From: Octopus vulgaris
Lineage: Eukaryota
Direction: 5' to 3'
Assembly: GCA_951406725.2 (NCBI GenBank)
Contig: OX597824.1
Coordinates: 73,284,001-73,348,000, forward strand
Length of the DNA stretch: 64,000 nt
Below, piece by piece: positions 13,781 through 26,178 of this stretch. How positions within the stretch are numbered: position 1 is the stretch's first letter; every line of letters begins with the position of its first letter. Below the pieces are notes generated by a model. That model ran no database searches. It was not told the DNA's origin and saw nothing but the letters and a program-made list of their open reading frames with translations. Position numbers and translations under genes: made by a program.

Positions 13781-14767
13781 AATAATGATTTCTATGGCTA
13801 AAGGGAATGTAGCTTCAAATCTCTTTTCTTTCCTTCTTTTTCCATTTTTATTTATACTTTGTCTTAATCTAATTTTTGCATCAAACTTCTGGTTTTTTTC
13901 TCATTCTGGCACATAAGAAAACACAAGAAATAGTAAAAACTACATGCCCAAAGCCTGCAGATTGCTTGGAGACACAAGGCATGTTATAAAAATCTGCCTG
14001 ACCACATGTCTCAATGGCAAGAAATTATTAGTAGCACTTATTTTAATACAGTGTACATTAAATGATATATATGTCAGAATCATTGAAAATTAAAATAGTT
14101 AATTTGATTGAGAGAAGACCTAAGGAATTTTCAAATACAAAAAAATATTGCATTGGTTGGCTTGTAGAAAACTTTTCCAAACTGACATATTTTCTCATCC
14201 CTTTACTTTCAAAAGACATGCATCTTCACATGCATATAGCATCTTCTCTTTGCCTTCCTCTATCTATCAATACCTCTCTCTACACTCTGTCATTTGCTTG
14301 CATTCCTTGTCACTAAACAATCAATTGACCAACAAAGTGAGAGTTGAATATCTACGAGTGATGACCAATTGACCTCAAGTTAAACCACATGGGAAAAGCA
14401 CTAAATCTAAAAAATTGAAGCAATTTAGCCCCTCTAACAAAAACTTTGATAGTCTCAACAATTTTATGGGGCTATGACCATCTCATCATTTATTCAGATA
14501 TAATGACTAAACAAACGTTTGATAGTCATTTATTCTTTTACTTGTCTCAGTCATTTTGGCTGGCATGCTAACAATTTTGCCAGCTTACTGCCTTATTGTA
14601 TATATATATATATATATATATATTTGAGTAGTTGAATGAATTATCTTATTAAGGATAATTCGGTTTACCGATACCTGGGTAGCAAATTCACGTCAGAAAA
14701 ACACGGTTGAAGCTACATGCCAAGGGCAGAGATCACGTGCTTTCGTGTGGAAATTTGTGTTTTTTTA

Positions 14768-14870
14768 ATACAAATAAATGAAAGAATGGAGTTGAACGAA
14801 TGAATTAACAAAATTCCTAAAGGAATTTTGTTAATTTGTCGTTCAACTCCATTCTTTCATTTATTTGTAT
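14768..14870. repeat. Near-perfect palindrome (~50-bp arms)
   Basis: atacaaataaatgaaagaatggagttgaacga...aattcct AA aggaatt...tcgttcaactccattctttcatttatttgtat, abutting a TA tract. Confidence 0.9.
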
Positions 14871-15643
14871 ATATATATATATATATATACATAGTAATAT
14901 GAGTGGACAATAAAATTTTGAGATTGTTGTTCCACATGCTAGAAAAGAGAGCCAAATCTCCGTCAAATCACACTTTAACATCCCTTAATACAAGAAGGAC
15001 ACATTGAATTATGTAGTTCTATATACACTATATCTAAAGCAAAAGAAACCTGTACATTGTTAAAACACCTTATCTCAAAGGTCTGTTTAGTCACCCTATC
15101 TGAACAAAAAGATGAGATAGTCATGGCTGGAATGCCTTTCATCTAAGACCTATTTAACCAGAGTTGACCTAAGGCTAAATAACATCAAAGTTGCCAATGA
15201 GGGAGCTTTTGTGTGGTTGCTTGATCTGCTAGAAATAGCTACCAAATACCCATCAAGTCACACCATATCATCTTACAAAAGAAAACAAGAAAACACTGGA
15301 TACATTATGTCTGAATAAAAGACAGAATGTTCATGGCTGGAATGACTTTCCATTAGTCTGCTTAATCAGGGTTGGTCTGAAGTTAAACAACAATAACAAT
15401 AATAATATTAACAGCAACAAAATATGAATTTCTTTTTGGTAGGACATAAGAAATAAACTTCTGTAAAAAGAAGACATTGTATGATTGACTGAACTGACCT
15501 CAGTAAATTACTGGTATTTAATTTATTTACATTTGAAGAATGATAATGAAAATCAACTTTGGTAGAATTTTAAACCCAGAACACACAGGGGGCCAGATTA
15601 ACCCCATAAAATCCCACCTCTCTCTTCTATATTACAAAATATA

Positions 15644-18258
15644 TTACAATTCAGGATTGTCTGTGTTATCACCATTATCTTTTAGAACATTTAATTCAAT
15701 GTTTCTGTCATCTTGCTTTTCATTCAAAGATGAAGGTTCTGATTCCGGAGAGGATTTTAAGCAGCATCTAAACTTGGGCCAATAAAATTGACCGAAATCT
15801 CCAGTTGGTCCGAGTACACATAATAATGGCTGAAAAAAGAAAGTGGCATATAACCAACTGCTAGATATGATGATCATGAGGAAGATTCCAAACTGTCTAA
15901 AGACCAAAACGGTTGCCGGGAGCATAAGCAAACCAGCAATAAATGTTGTGAAGGATGCCATAGCAACGGCAGATCCAATGGAGCTGATGGATGAGATGAC
16001 ACGAGCGCTCCTCTCGCTGTGAGCTGACAGTCGATAAGCTACACTGTAATGAAGGGTGAAGTCAATTGACATACCAATAGCCACGGTGATGACTACAGAC
16101 TCTAGAATGTTCAGCTCCCAGCCGAGAAGAATGAGAAGAGCAACAGTAGTGAGAATGGTGAAAATGACTGAAAACATGGCATATATACTCAGAAGTACAT
16201 TAAGGGTTGTCAGAAATATCACAGCTCCAGCTACACTTAGGGACAGGGCCATAGCAATCGGTAGGCCATGCAGGATGCTACCTTGTAGATCAAAGAACTG
16301 TAAGTAACTGACAAACCAACCCCGGGAGAGTTCAGGTGGGGCAGCTTTTATCTCGTTCTGCACCCATTCATTGATTTCATTGTAAAAGGCATAAAGTTTT
16401 TCATAAGCATATGTAAAAGGAGTAGTGCTACTAAACTCCACAAAAAAAGCACGCATGCGTTTGTCCTGAAACCTTGGTCCCGGAAGATGATAACTGGTAT
16501 AATAGGGGCCAATATAAGGGGTATCCATCAGTATGGGGATGTAGATTTCTAAGCATCTCTTCAGGAGTTCAGCACTGTAAGGGAATTCAGTGATATTACA
16601 ACAGCCTTGCAGTTTGCGATGCTTACCAATACACGGTGTACTCATATAATGTCGGAAGTTTTCAAAGAAGCAATTAGTTATGGCATAACCAGGAATATTC
16701 TGGTAAAATGGTTGCTGACGTACTCTACTACAGAAATCCATCAACCAGGTTTGGGCAGCTGCTGATTCTAAACTGAACTCATTGTCAAATTCTAATGTTC
16801 CATGGTCATAAGGGTTCAAGATATGACCATTGTCTTTGGGCATTATTCCCCAAACGACAGTGATGGGCATGAGAGGAAATGCATCTATTTCTGCTTTCTC
16901 AAACCAAAAATGATTCCACAGTTTGATGTCATAAACTTCCAGGAGGTGGTTGGAAGAAAAGTACTGGAATTTTTCTTTGGTTGGTAATTTTACTCCAGGG
17001 TAGATGAATACAATAACAGCTGAGGCTATGCCAACCATTCCAAAAAAAAGCAACAAAATATAAGGATGCTTGACAATTTGATTTGGAAGAAATTCTTTAA
17101 AAAATTTTTGAGAAATGATTGATACGAATTTACATCCCTTAGTCAGTCGTTTGCATGAGAAGAAATGCATTTTGGTAATGATTCCTGTACAATGAACTTT
17201 TGAGCAATGGTTCTCATGGAGAACAATAGTCGCAGGCATCCAAGTAACCATGAAAAAGAAATTACACATCACTGATATTCCAACATAAATACTAAAACAA
17301 CGAATTGCAATGATGTCACTAATGGCGTTGGCAAGGAAAGCAGCGGCAGTTGTTAAGCTTGATACGAGCATTGACATAACGGCATGTCTGAGAGTAGTGA
17401 TAACCATTTCCTCAAGATCTTTGGCAGTCTTCTCAGCTTTTGTTCGATTCCAAATTCTGCAGTAGATGAAAGTATCATCAGCACCGATTCCAACCATTAT
17501 CATAATGGTGACCATATTCATATATGGGAAGAACTCGATTCCAAGAACAAATATGTAGAAAAAGTACGCAAAAACAAGTGACCAGAATATTGCCAGGAAC
17601 GTCATAAATGTGATGAAAAGAGACAACGAATAGAACCATATTGCCAGAAAAATGCTAACAGCAGTTATGATAAGCCAAACACTATCAGACCAAAGATATT
17701 TTCTAAATAGAATCTCTTTGATTCCAAAATTAGCTCCTATCAATTTTACATTGTCTTCTTGGAGGTTTTGTCTCTCAATGTGCTCAAAGAAAACATCAGT
17801 TGCAGGATTACGGATGATTGGTAGAAAAGAAACGGCGTATTTCAAAGATGGTAGATATTCTGGATTAATAGATGTAAACTCAAAGTCTGTGAGGTAATGA
17901 AGAATGTGGTAAACAGCATCGTGTTGCTTACAGAAATCAGGAACATCAACACAGTCATAACAGTATGAACTCAAGGAATAATTACGATAAAACTCGGCAC
18001 ATTCTTGCAGCATGTCCAAAACAAGAGTTACATCTTGTGATTCCAAAGACTCACATGAAGATTTGTTGCTCAATAGGCTTATGTAGTTACCAATTGACCA
18101 GCTTCGACACTCTCTGGAATCATCAATGGAAAGGTATTTAAATAAAGGAGTTGAATAGATAACTCTTTCCTCCAATCGACACATTGCTTGGATATTCTCC
18201 AAGGAAAATAAGGTGCAACCTTCGCATGTCTCAAAAACTATACGGGCATATTTTTCAT
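15644..18258 (-). CDS. disp: Dispatched homologue, terminal coding exon (rest of ECD1, SSD TM2-6, ECD2, TM7-12, short C-tail)
   Basis: 852-aa ORF extended upstream to acceptor ttgttccAG (18260-18259). The phase-1 junction gives YFCDDL-D-EKYARIVFE, matching DISP1 FFCD..DRYSRVVF. Contains SWSIGNYI, TM4 GIGADD and TM10 GMSIDFTLHY, the RND GxxxD(D) motifs typical of Dispatched. Confidence 0.95.
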
Positions 18259-18699
18259 CTGGAACAATAAAGCAGAAAATAGAAAAGTTTTAATAAAAAT
18301 ATAATTTAAGTTCTTAGTAGAAGAATCATCTTTACAGAATAAATGGTTCAAGAACATACTTTCAAAAATGTATTATAGGAACAGGTGTAGCTGTGTGGTT
18401 AAGAAACTTGCTTCCCAACAATGTGGTTTCATGTTCAGTCTCACTGCATGGCACCTTGGGCAAGTGTCTTCTACTAAAGCCCCAGACCAACCAAAGCTTT
18501 GAAAGAGAGAAACTGAAAGAGGGCCATCATATGTGTGTGTCCTTGTCTTGTCATCACATGATGGCTGTAAACAAGCTTCATCATCATACAAGCAATAGTT
18601 GTTTGTTTCCAGTCTGCCAAGAAAAACATACTTGGACACGAGGAGATATTACCTTGCTTGGTAACAAGTGAGGGTTGGCAACAAGAACCATAAAAAAAA

Positions 18700-19175
18700 T
18701 CTGGTGATGTGTATGGATGGGTGAGGACAGCAGTAAAGAAAAAGTGCCACTTGCTTTATGTAACTGGTACTTGTGAAAGGGAGAAACCTAAGAAGACATG
18801 GGATGAAGTAGTGAAAGCTGACCTTAGGGCTCTGAGCATGATAGAGGAGTTGACAAAGGAGAGTGATATTGTAGTATCAACTCTTTTTTAGCATACTTCT
18901 GTTTTTATTCTAATCAATTTTTGAAGTAATGAAGTAAAGATGCTGGAACTGAATTTGACATGTTCTCGGACAAGATCAACAAAACGATTGTATGATGGCA
19001 CTAAGGTGGAAGCCTGAGGGGAAAAGAGCAGCAGGGTGCCCTAAAACCACATGGCAAAGGGCCATTGATAAGGAAAGGAGGCGGGAAGGGTGGAGAAGTT
19101 GGAATGAGACCAGAACAGTGTCAGAAAACAGAGCTGGTCAGAGAGGTTGTGTTGCAGTTTTATGTGCCTCATGAC
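18700..19175 (+). mobile_element. Two RTE LINE 3'-end fragments
   Basis: KPKKTWDEVVKADL and ALRWKPEGKRAAGCPKTTWQR are typical RTE C-terminal GRPxxTW motifs. Confidence 0.7.
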
Positions 19176-19359
19176 ATGGAGAGAAATAACTAACTATTTA
19201 GTAATCAGTAAGATGGTGTTTGGAACATAAATTGGTATTAAATTTTGATGGAAGGTTTTTATTTTATCACTTTAAAACAAGAAATTTGTCTCAAAGAGTC
19301 AAGGGTGGTTTCAGGCAGGTTGCTATCAAAAAGGTTAAACCAGAGGACAAATTAGGTCT

Positions 19360-19880
19360 ATCCCTAAAAATTTGTATGAAGAAGATACAATGCAAAATCG
19401 AAATTGAAATCAAATTCGATGACTGGCATCCGTGTTGGTGGAGCGCTAAGAGTAACATACGAGCGTGATTGTTGCCAGAGCAACAAGCTGGCCTCAGTGC
19501 CGGTGGCATGTAAAACACACCATTCGAGCGTGATCGTTACCTGCATTGCCAGACTGGCACTTGTGCTGGTGGCACGTGAAAAAACATTCGAGCGAAGTCG
19601 TTGCCAGTGCTGCTGGACTGGCTCCTGTACAGGTGGCACATAAAAAGCACCATTTCAGCGTGGCCGTTGCCAATACCACCTGACTGGCCCTCGTGCCGGT
19701 GGCACGTAAAAGCACCCACTACACTCTCGGAGTGGTTGACGTTAGGAAGGGCATCCAGCTGTAGAAACTCCTGCCAGATCAAGATTGGAGCCTGGTGTAG
19801 CCATTTGGTTCGCCAGCCCTCAATTCAAATTGTCCAACCCATGCTAGCATGGAAAGCAGACGTTAAACGATGGTGATGGT
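19360..19880 (+). mobile_element. Non-autonomous retroelement with internal ~60-bp subrepeats and a (GAT)n tail
   Basis: Repeated GGTGGCACGTAAAAAGCACC units, then AGGAAGGGCATCCAGCTG...GCATGGAAAGCAGACGTTAAACGATG. Copies at 22640-23262 (+), 45430-46015 (-), 47205-47800 (-) and 63725-64000 (+, partial). Confidence 0.8.
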
Positions 19881-20067
19881 GGTGGTGGTGCTGCTGCTGC
19901 TGATGATTATGACGATGAAGAGGAGGGGTGGGGGAGGGGTGATGATGAGGGGGAGAAGGAGGAGGATTTGGGATACATTGCAATGGTCAAGTAAACTACA
20001 CCTAAACTTGAAGCCGAAACTGAAGGTGACCCCTGTCCTCCCCGACAACAAAAGTGCAGCAACTTAC

Positions 20068-20545
20068 CAAGATCATCACAGAAGTAACCAGTTGTAACAT
20101 TCTGAAGCAGTTGACGTATTTTATTTCTCCTCCTCTTTTGCTGTTTCCTGCTCTGCTTTCTCATCCTTGCCTTTTCACTTTTGCCTTTGTTTTTTCTCAT
20201 TCTCTTCCTCTTCGTTTTCTTGTTGTCATTGTTGCTGCTGCTGCTGCTGTTATTCATGCTGTTCTTTTTCTTCTTCCTCTTCCTCTTCTTGTTTCTGTTC
20301 CGTTTTCTCTTCTTTTTCTTCTTTTTCCTCTTCTTCTTCTTCTTCTTCTTCTTCTTGCTTTTGTTATTCTTCCGATGCTTTTTGGCCTTGCTGTTCTTCT
20401 TTCTCGAAGGTTTGCTCTGTACACCAAATCTGAATTTGTCCCTGTCCAAAGAAGGTGCCAGTGACAGGGAAGTCTCACTAGCAGTCTGCAGATTACCAAA
20501 GGCTATGACTCTGTTGCTTATTTCTGTCCCTCGAGTTTCAAATCC
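20068..20545 (-). CDS. disp: Dispatched coding exon 3 (GFETRGTEISNR...polybasic loop...GYFCDDL)
   Basis: Acceptor cttgcccAG (20547-20546) and donor G|GTAAGT (20067). 478 nt, phase 0 to phase 1, consistent with both neighbouring exons. GFETRG and YFCD are conserved Dispatched motifs. Confidence 0.9.
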
Positions 20546-20822
20546 CTGGGCAAGCAAGGTAGGAGGTGATGCAAGTTGAAAAAAATAAAAGAAATAAATA
20601 TTAAAAAAGTAAATAAAATAGAAAAATTTCATAATTTAAAAAGAATTGTTTTAAGATAAAATCCTGCTGTTGTTTAACCCAAGACTGGCTCTGATCAAGA
20701 AGACATATGATCAAAAGCATTCCAGCCATGACCACCTAATTTTCAAGCATAGTTTATCTCAGACAACATTATTCTATGTAGCTTTCTGTTTTTTTAAAAT
20801 AGAAGGATTAATTTGATAAATT

Positions 20823-21060
20823 AAGGCGGCGAGCTGGCAGAAACGTTAGCACGCCGAGCGAAATGCTTAGCGGTATTTCGTCTGCCGTTACGTTCTGAGT
20901 TCAAATTCCACCGAGGTCGACTTTGCCTTTCATCCTTTTGGGGTCGATAAATTAAGTACCAGTTATGCACTGGAGTCGATCTAATTGGCTTAATCCATTT
21001 GTCTGTCCTTGTTTGCCCTCTCTATGTTTAGCCCCTTGTGAGCAATAAAGAAATAAAGAA
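20823..21060 (+). mobile_element. SINE family C (AAGGCGGCGAGCTGGCAGAA...GTTCAAATTCC...GCCTTTCATCC)
   Basis: Pol III B-box-like GAGTTCAAATTCC and an (AAGAAATA) tail. Copies at 24895-25125, 33876-35412 (cluster), 36253-36466, 52420-52815 and 60955-61170 (-). Confidence 0.85.
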
Positions 21061-21867
21061 ATATGAAGGATTAATTTGAGTGGAATTTAGCTGTTATTTC
21101 TAACAGGTAAAGCAAGGTTCCCTCACTGGCAATAAGTACCATTAATATACAGTATACAAGGATTGATCTATGACCAAAAGTATTCTATCCATGACCATCC
21201 TTTCATATTTCCAAGTATAATGTATCAAGGTCCACATTGTCCCATACATCTTTTCATATTTTTAAAAGATGAGGGATTATATGAGGGAAGTCTTGCTGGG
21301 AGTCTGCGGATTACAAGACACTAAAGCTCAGTTGAGGGAAATTTGGCTGCTATTTCTTATAGGTGAAGAGAACAGGTAGAGATTCCTTCACTAGTAATGG
21401 GTACCAGTAATATATGAGGATCAACTATGTTGGCTATGCTTTACTCACCAACAAGAAGTTTCACTTACATCTCTGTAACAAATCTACCCCTATGAGGTCA
21501 CTCAAATTAGTTAGAAACAGCAAGCAAATCTATATCAAAACACACTCTTCTATTCTTACAAAAGAGGAATGTTTATGAATTGAATGCCTGCTTAATGAGG
21601 GCTTGCCTGGGGCTAAATAACAACAACATCAATTAATTTTACATCAAGAAAACACACACACACACACACACACATGCAAACATTTAGCCTCATACATTCT
21701 CATACAGACACACATACAAACACACATATGCACACCAACAATTGATGAAGCATACATATGCATATGCATACACACATACACACACTCAAATGCCATCATT
21801 TAATATCGCACTCACACACGCAAACATTTAATCACACACAGAATACTAAGATCTAGTTACTCTTACA

Positions 21868-22255
21868 TACTCTTTTACTCTTTTACTTGTTTCAGTCATT
21901 TGACTGCAGCCATGCTAGAGCACCACCTTTAATCAAGAAAATCGACCCCTGGACTTATTCTTTGGAAGCCTAGTACTTATTCTATCGGTCTCTTTTGCTG
22001 AACCGCTAAGTTATAGGGACGTAAACACACCAGCATTGCTTGTCAAGCGATGTTGCAGGAACAAACACACACACACGTATATACATATACACGATGGGCT
22101 TCTTCCAGTTTCTGTCTACCAAATCCACTCACAAGGCTTTGGTCGGCCCAAGGCTATAGCAGAAGACACTTGCCCAAGGTGCCACACAGTGGGATTGAAC
22201 CTGGAACCATGTGGTTGGTAAGCAAGCTACTTACCATACAGCCACTCCTGTGCCT
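21868..22255 (-). mobile_element. tRNA-derived SINE family B (GGCGCAGGAGTGGCTGTGTGGTAAG...)
   Basis: Same family at 42900-43243, 48403-48778 (-), 57579-57978, 58157-58618, 58658-59058 and 63248-63640. (GTAAAAGA)n tail. Confidence 0.85.
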
Positions 22256-22417
22256 ATATACTAATATTTAAAAAAATCACACACACAAATACAGCAACAT
22301 TTAACCACACACACACTTATGCACATGCTGGTAAACATATATGCATATTCATGAAATCACACACACACACACACAAACATCTAACCACACACAGAATGTC
22401 TTAAGAGAAGTACTCAC

Positions 22418-22541
22418 AGCTCGAGGTTGCTCAAAGTCAAAACCTTTACTGAAGAAACAAGAGATCAGTAAAGCTGCAGTTCCAAATACAGTTATCATTG
22501 TCAGCACAGCATAAGGATGGTGCACCAGCAGACGGGAGTAG
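22418..22541 (-). CDS. disp: Dispatched coding exon 2 (YSRLLVHHPYAVL...TM1...DFEQPRA)
   Basis: Polypyrimidine acceptor ctctcctAG (22543-22542) and donor GCT|GTGAGT (22417). 124 nt, phase 2 to phase 0. Matches the Dispatched TM1 region (Y..L....P..VL...DF.DP). Confidence 0.88.
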
Positions 22542-23230
22542 CTAGGAGAGAAAGAGAGAGAAGTTATGTTATCACCATGATTTATATGTACATAGACATG
22601 CCTACACATAATAATCGCATTTAACCTTGGATATGGACCTCAGAATGGCCTGCTGTGCTTACCTTGGATCGTAGGACAACCTGCTGTGCTTGAGGAGACC
22701 TACTGAGTCAAGTATATCAACATCAAAATAAAAAAATCAAATAGAAATTGCAGGTGTAATACCTGTGCCAGTGGTATGTAAAAAGCACTATCCGAACGTG
22801 GCCGATGCCAGTGCCGCCTTGACTGGCTTCTGTGGCGGTGGCATGTGACCTGCTGTGCTTGAGGAGACCTATTGAGTCAAGTACATCAGCATCAAAAAAT
22901 CAAATGGAAATTGCAGTTGTGATACCTGTACTGGTGACAGGTAAAAAGCACCATCCAAACGTGGGTGATGCCAGTGCCGCCTTGACTGGCTTCCATGCCC
23001 GTGGCACATAAAAAGCACCAACCGATCGTGGCTGCTGCCAGCCTCCCCTAGCACCTGTGCCGGTGGCACATAAAAAGCACCCACTACACTCACGGAGTGG
23101 TTGGCGTTAGGAAGGGCATCCAGCTATAGAAACACTGCCAGATCAGACTGGAGCCTGGTGCAGCCTCCTGGCTTCCCAGACCCCGGTCGAACTGTCCAAC
23201 CCATGCTAGCATGGAAAATGGACGTTAAAC

Positions 23231-23266
<36 letters not shown>

Positions 23267-23479
23267 CATGGACAAAGATAGACAAACACAGCACACACAC
23301 ATGGCATATACAACATACACATATGCAAGTATATGCAATACACATGTGCAGACATATGCAGTACATACAGCACTGATATATCCAAGTATATAGAGACACA
23401 AACACATAAACACACCTGAAGTTAGAAAAACGATAGCAGTGTGTGTGTGCGTTTGTGTGCATGTGCGTGCATGGGTGTG

Positions 23480-24430
23480 TGTGTGATTATATTATCAGAG
23501 GCCATCACAGTGAAGGGGGCACGGTGATGAACAGTGAATGGTGAGACCCCCTAATGCTATCAAATTGAAGAGAACATGTTGATTTACAGAGAATGACAAG
23601 ACCCATAACATCATATACAAGGGAGCAGGTATGAACAATAGAAAATAACAACCATGCATGCACCTTTAACCCTTTAGCATTTAAACCGGCCATATCCGGC
23701 CAAAAGTATTCTGCCTGTTTTATGTTCAAAATGGCCATATCTGGTCTCTCACACCAACCCTACAATATCGTGTTAAAAATTAACACCTACCTCATCAAAA
23801 TCTCATAGCTACAAGATAATGCATGATTAGTTCAAAACAATGTAGATGAAAAGGCATTAACTTTTGGCAGAATAATATGAACACTAAAGGGTTAAGGGTG
23901 CATGTGCACATGCGTGTGTGTGTGTGTGTGTATGTGTGTGTGTGTGTGTGTGCATGTGCGTGTATGTGTGTGCATGTGCGTGGGTGTGGGTGTGATTATG
24001 TTATCAGAGGCCATTACAGTGAAGGGGGCACGGTGATGAACAGTGAATGGTGAGACCCCCTAATGCTATCAAATTGAAGAGAACATGTTGATTTACAGAG
24101 AATGACAAGACCCATAACATTTATCATATACAAGGGAGCAGGTATGAACAATAGAAAATAACAACCATGCATGCACCTTTAAGTGTGCATGTGCACATGC
24201 GTGTGTGTGTATGTGTACATGTGTGTGTATGTGTGTGCATGTGCGTGGGTGTGTATGTGTGCATGTGTGTGTATGTGTGTGCATGTGCGTGGGTGTGTGT
24301 GTGATCATGTTATCAGAGGCCATCACAGTGAAGGGGGCACGGTGATGTACAGTGAATGGTGTACAACCATGCATGCACCTTTAAGTGTGTATGTGCATAA
24401 CAACCATGCATGCACCTTTAAGTGTGTATG
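23480..24430. repeat. Local tandem duplication of a ~190-bp unit separated by (TG)n tracts
   Basis: tcagaggccatcacagtgaagggggcacggtgatg occurs three times (~23495, ~24004, ~24313). Two copies are full length. Confidence 0.9.
23670..23891. mobile_element. piggyBac-type MITE, 222 bp, TTAA TSD
   Basis: TTAA|CCCTTTAG...CTAAAGGG|TTAA. The paralogous empty site is at 24179-24182. Confidence 0.9.
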
Positions 24431-25269
24431 TGCACATGCGCACGTGTGTGTGTGTGTGTGTGTGTATGTGTGCATGTATAGATAAGAAAATGCTTTTACC
24501 AGTTGGCCATTTTCCTTAACTGTGTCTCAGTGCTTCAGTTTCTTTTGTCTGGTATCAACTTCCAAGATGACAACTGATGCGGGAAAATGTTAAACTGCAG
24601 ACAAAGGGTAATAAACGCTGACTGCATCTTGGAGGAGGAGGCGGAGGAGGAAAGCAGCTCAAGCAGGAATCCAGTCACCTTAATAATGAGAATAGCAATA
24701 ATAATAAAATAATAATACCTTCTACTATAGGCACAAGGCCTGAAATTTGGGATACCCCACTCGCCACATAGGTGGGCGCTAGGCATAATAACTACTTAAA
24801 AGGAGGGTACTATGAAAAATGGTTAAGTACACTGCTGTAGAGAAGTGCTCGGCAACCTTTTCTCACCTGCAGAACACTTATATTCTTTTCAAAAGGGCGG
24901 TGAGCTGGCAGAAACGTTAGCATGCCGGGCGAAATGCTTAGCAGTATTTTGTCTGCCGTTACGTTCTGAGTTCAAATTCTGCTGAGGTCGACCTTGCCTT
25001 TCATCCTTTCGGGGTCGATTAAATAAGTACCACTTACGCACTGGGGTAAGTGTAAATGACTTAGTCCGTCTGTCTGTCCTTGTTTGTCCTCTCTGTGTTT
25101 AGCCCCTTATGGGTAGTAAAGAAATATATATTCTTTTCAAAATTCGGCAGCACACCTGAACTAAAAATATAACTAAAAGTATGGGGAAAAAAATTACATG
25201 CAGGTTACACTGGGGCACACCTAGCATCTTGTGGCACACAGGTGTGCAACAGCATACTGGTTGCGGAGC

Positions 25270-25867
25270 ACTGCTGTGGAGGAACAATTTGCTGCTAGAA
25301 ATAGCAGCCAAATTTCCCTCAAATCACACCTTTCGTATTTTACAAAGAAACAAAACACATTTGACATTGTAACTTGCTAAATAGACGGAATGGTCATGGC
25401 TGGAATGACTCTGATGTAGAGAAACAATTCGCTGTCACTCAAGCTGCTAGAAATAGCAGCCGAATTTCCCTCAAATCACACCTTTTGTATTTTACAAAGA
25501 AACAAAACACATTTGACATTGTAACTTGCTAAATAGACGGAATGGTCATGGCTGGAATGACTCTGATGTAGAGAAACAATTCGCTGTCACTCAAGCTGCT
25601 AGAAATAGCAGCCGAATTTCCCTCAAATCACACCTTTTGTATTTTACAAAGAAACAAAACACATTTGACATTGTAACTTGCTAAATAGACGGAATGGTCA
25701 TGGCTGGAATGACTCTGCTGTAGAGGAACAATTCGCTGTCACTCAAGCTGCTAGAAATAGCAGCCAAATTTCCCTCAAATCACACCTTTAGTATTTTACA
25801 AAGAAACAAAACACATCTGACATTGTAACCTGCTAAATAGACGGAATGGTCATGGCTGGAATGACTC
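25270..25867. repeat. 152-bp tandem repeat, about 3.9 copies
   Basis: gctgctagaaatagcagcc starts at 25291, 25443, 25595 and 25747. Copies are almost identical. The unit derives from a dispersed repeat also seen at ~14935-15400 and ~33150-33305. Confidence 0.95.
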
Positions 25868-26178
25868 GGATCATAGGTCTTCTAAATCGATCAGTGTTGA
25901 ACTGGGGTTAAATAACAACAAAAATAAACTAAAAAAAAAGATGTCAGCAACTACTGTAAGAGTTACCTCTCTTGGACCTGTGACAATTAACATTAGATTA
26001 GATTGTGAAAGATAGGTAATTGACAACGGCAGAACAGGAATTGATTATGAAATAAAATCACGCTAAAATTCGATAATGAAGTCCCTGAGATCATTCATCC
26101 GCAAGACGTAAAAGGAAATGGCAAATGTACTGAGTATATAGGAACATGGAAAGCGTTATATCTCATTATATATTTAAC

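Noticed and set aside
20054-20579. Plus-strand Leu/Phe/Ser-rich ORFs
   Set aside because: Antisense shadows of the low-complexity Disp exon.
25396-25440. CTGATGT-aga-GAAAC...GTC in the 152-bp tandem unit, suggesting a retrozyme-like hammerhead array
   Set aside because: A9 is missing, there is no stem II, and stem I does not pair. The motif falls at the unit junction.
25270-25867. Regularly spaced repeats resembling a CRISPR array
   Set aside because: Units are fully repeated with no unique spacers, there are no cas genes, and the context is eukaryotic.
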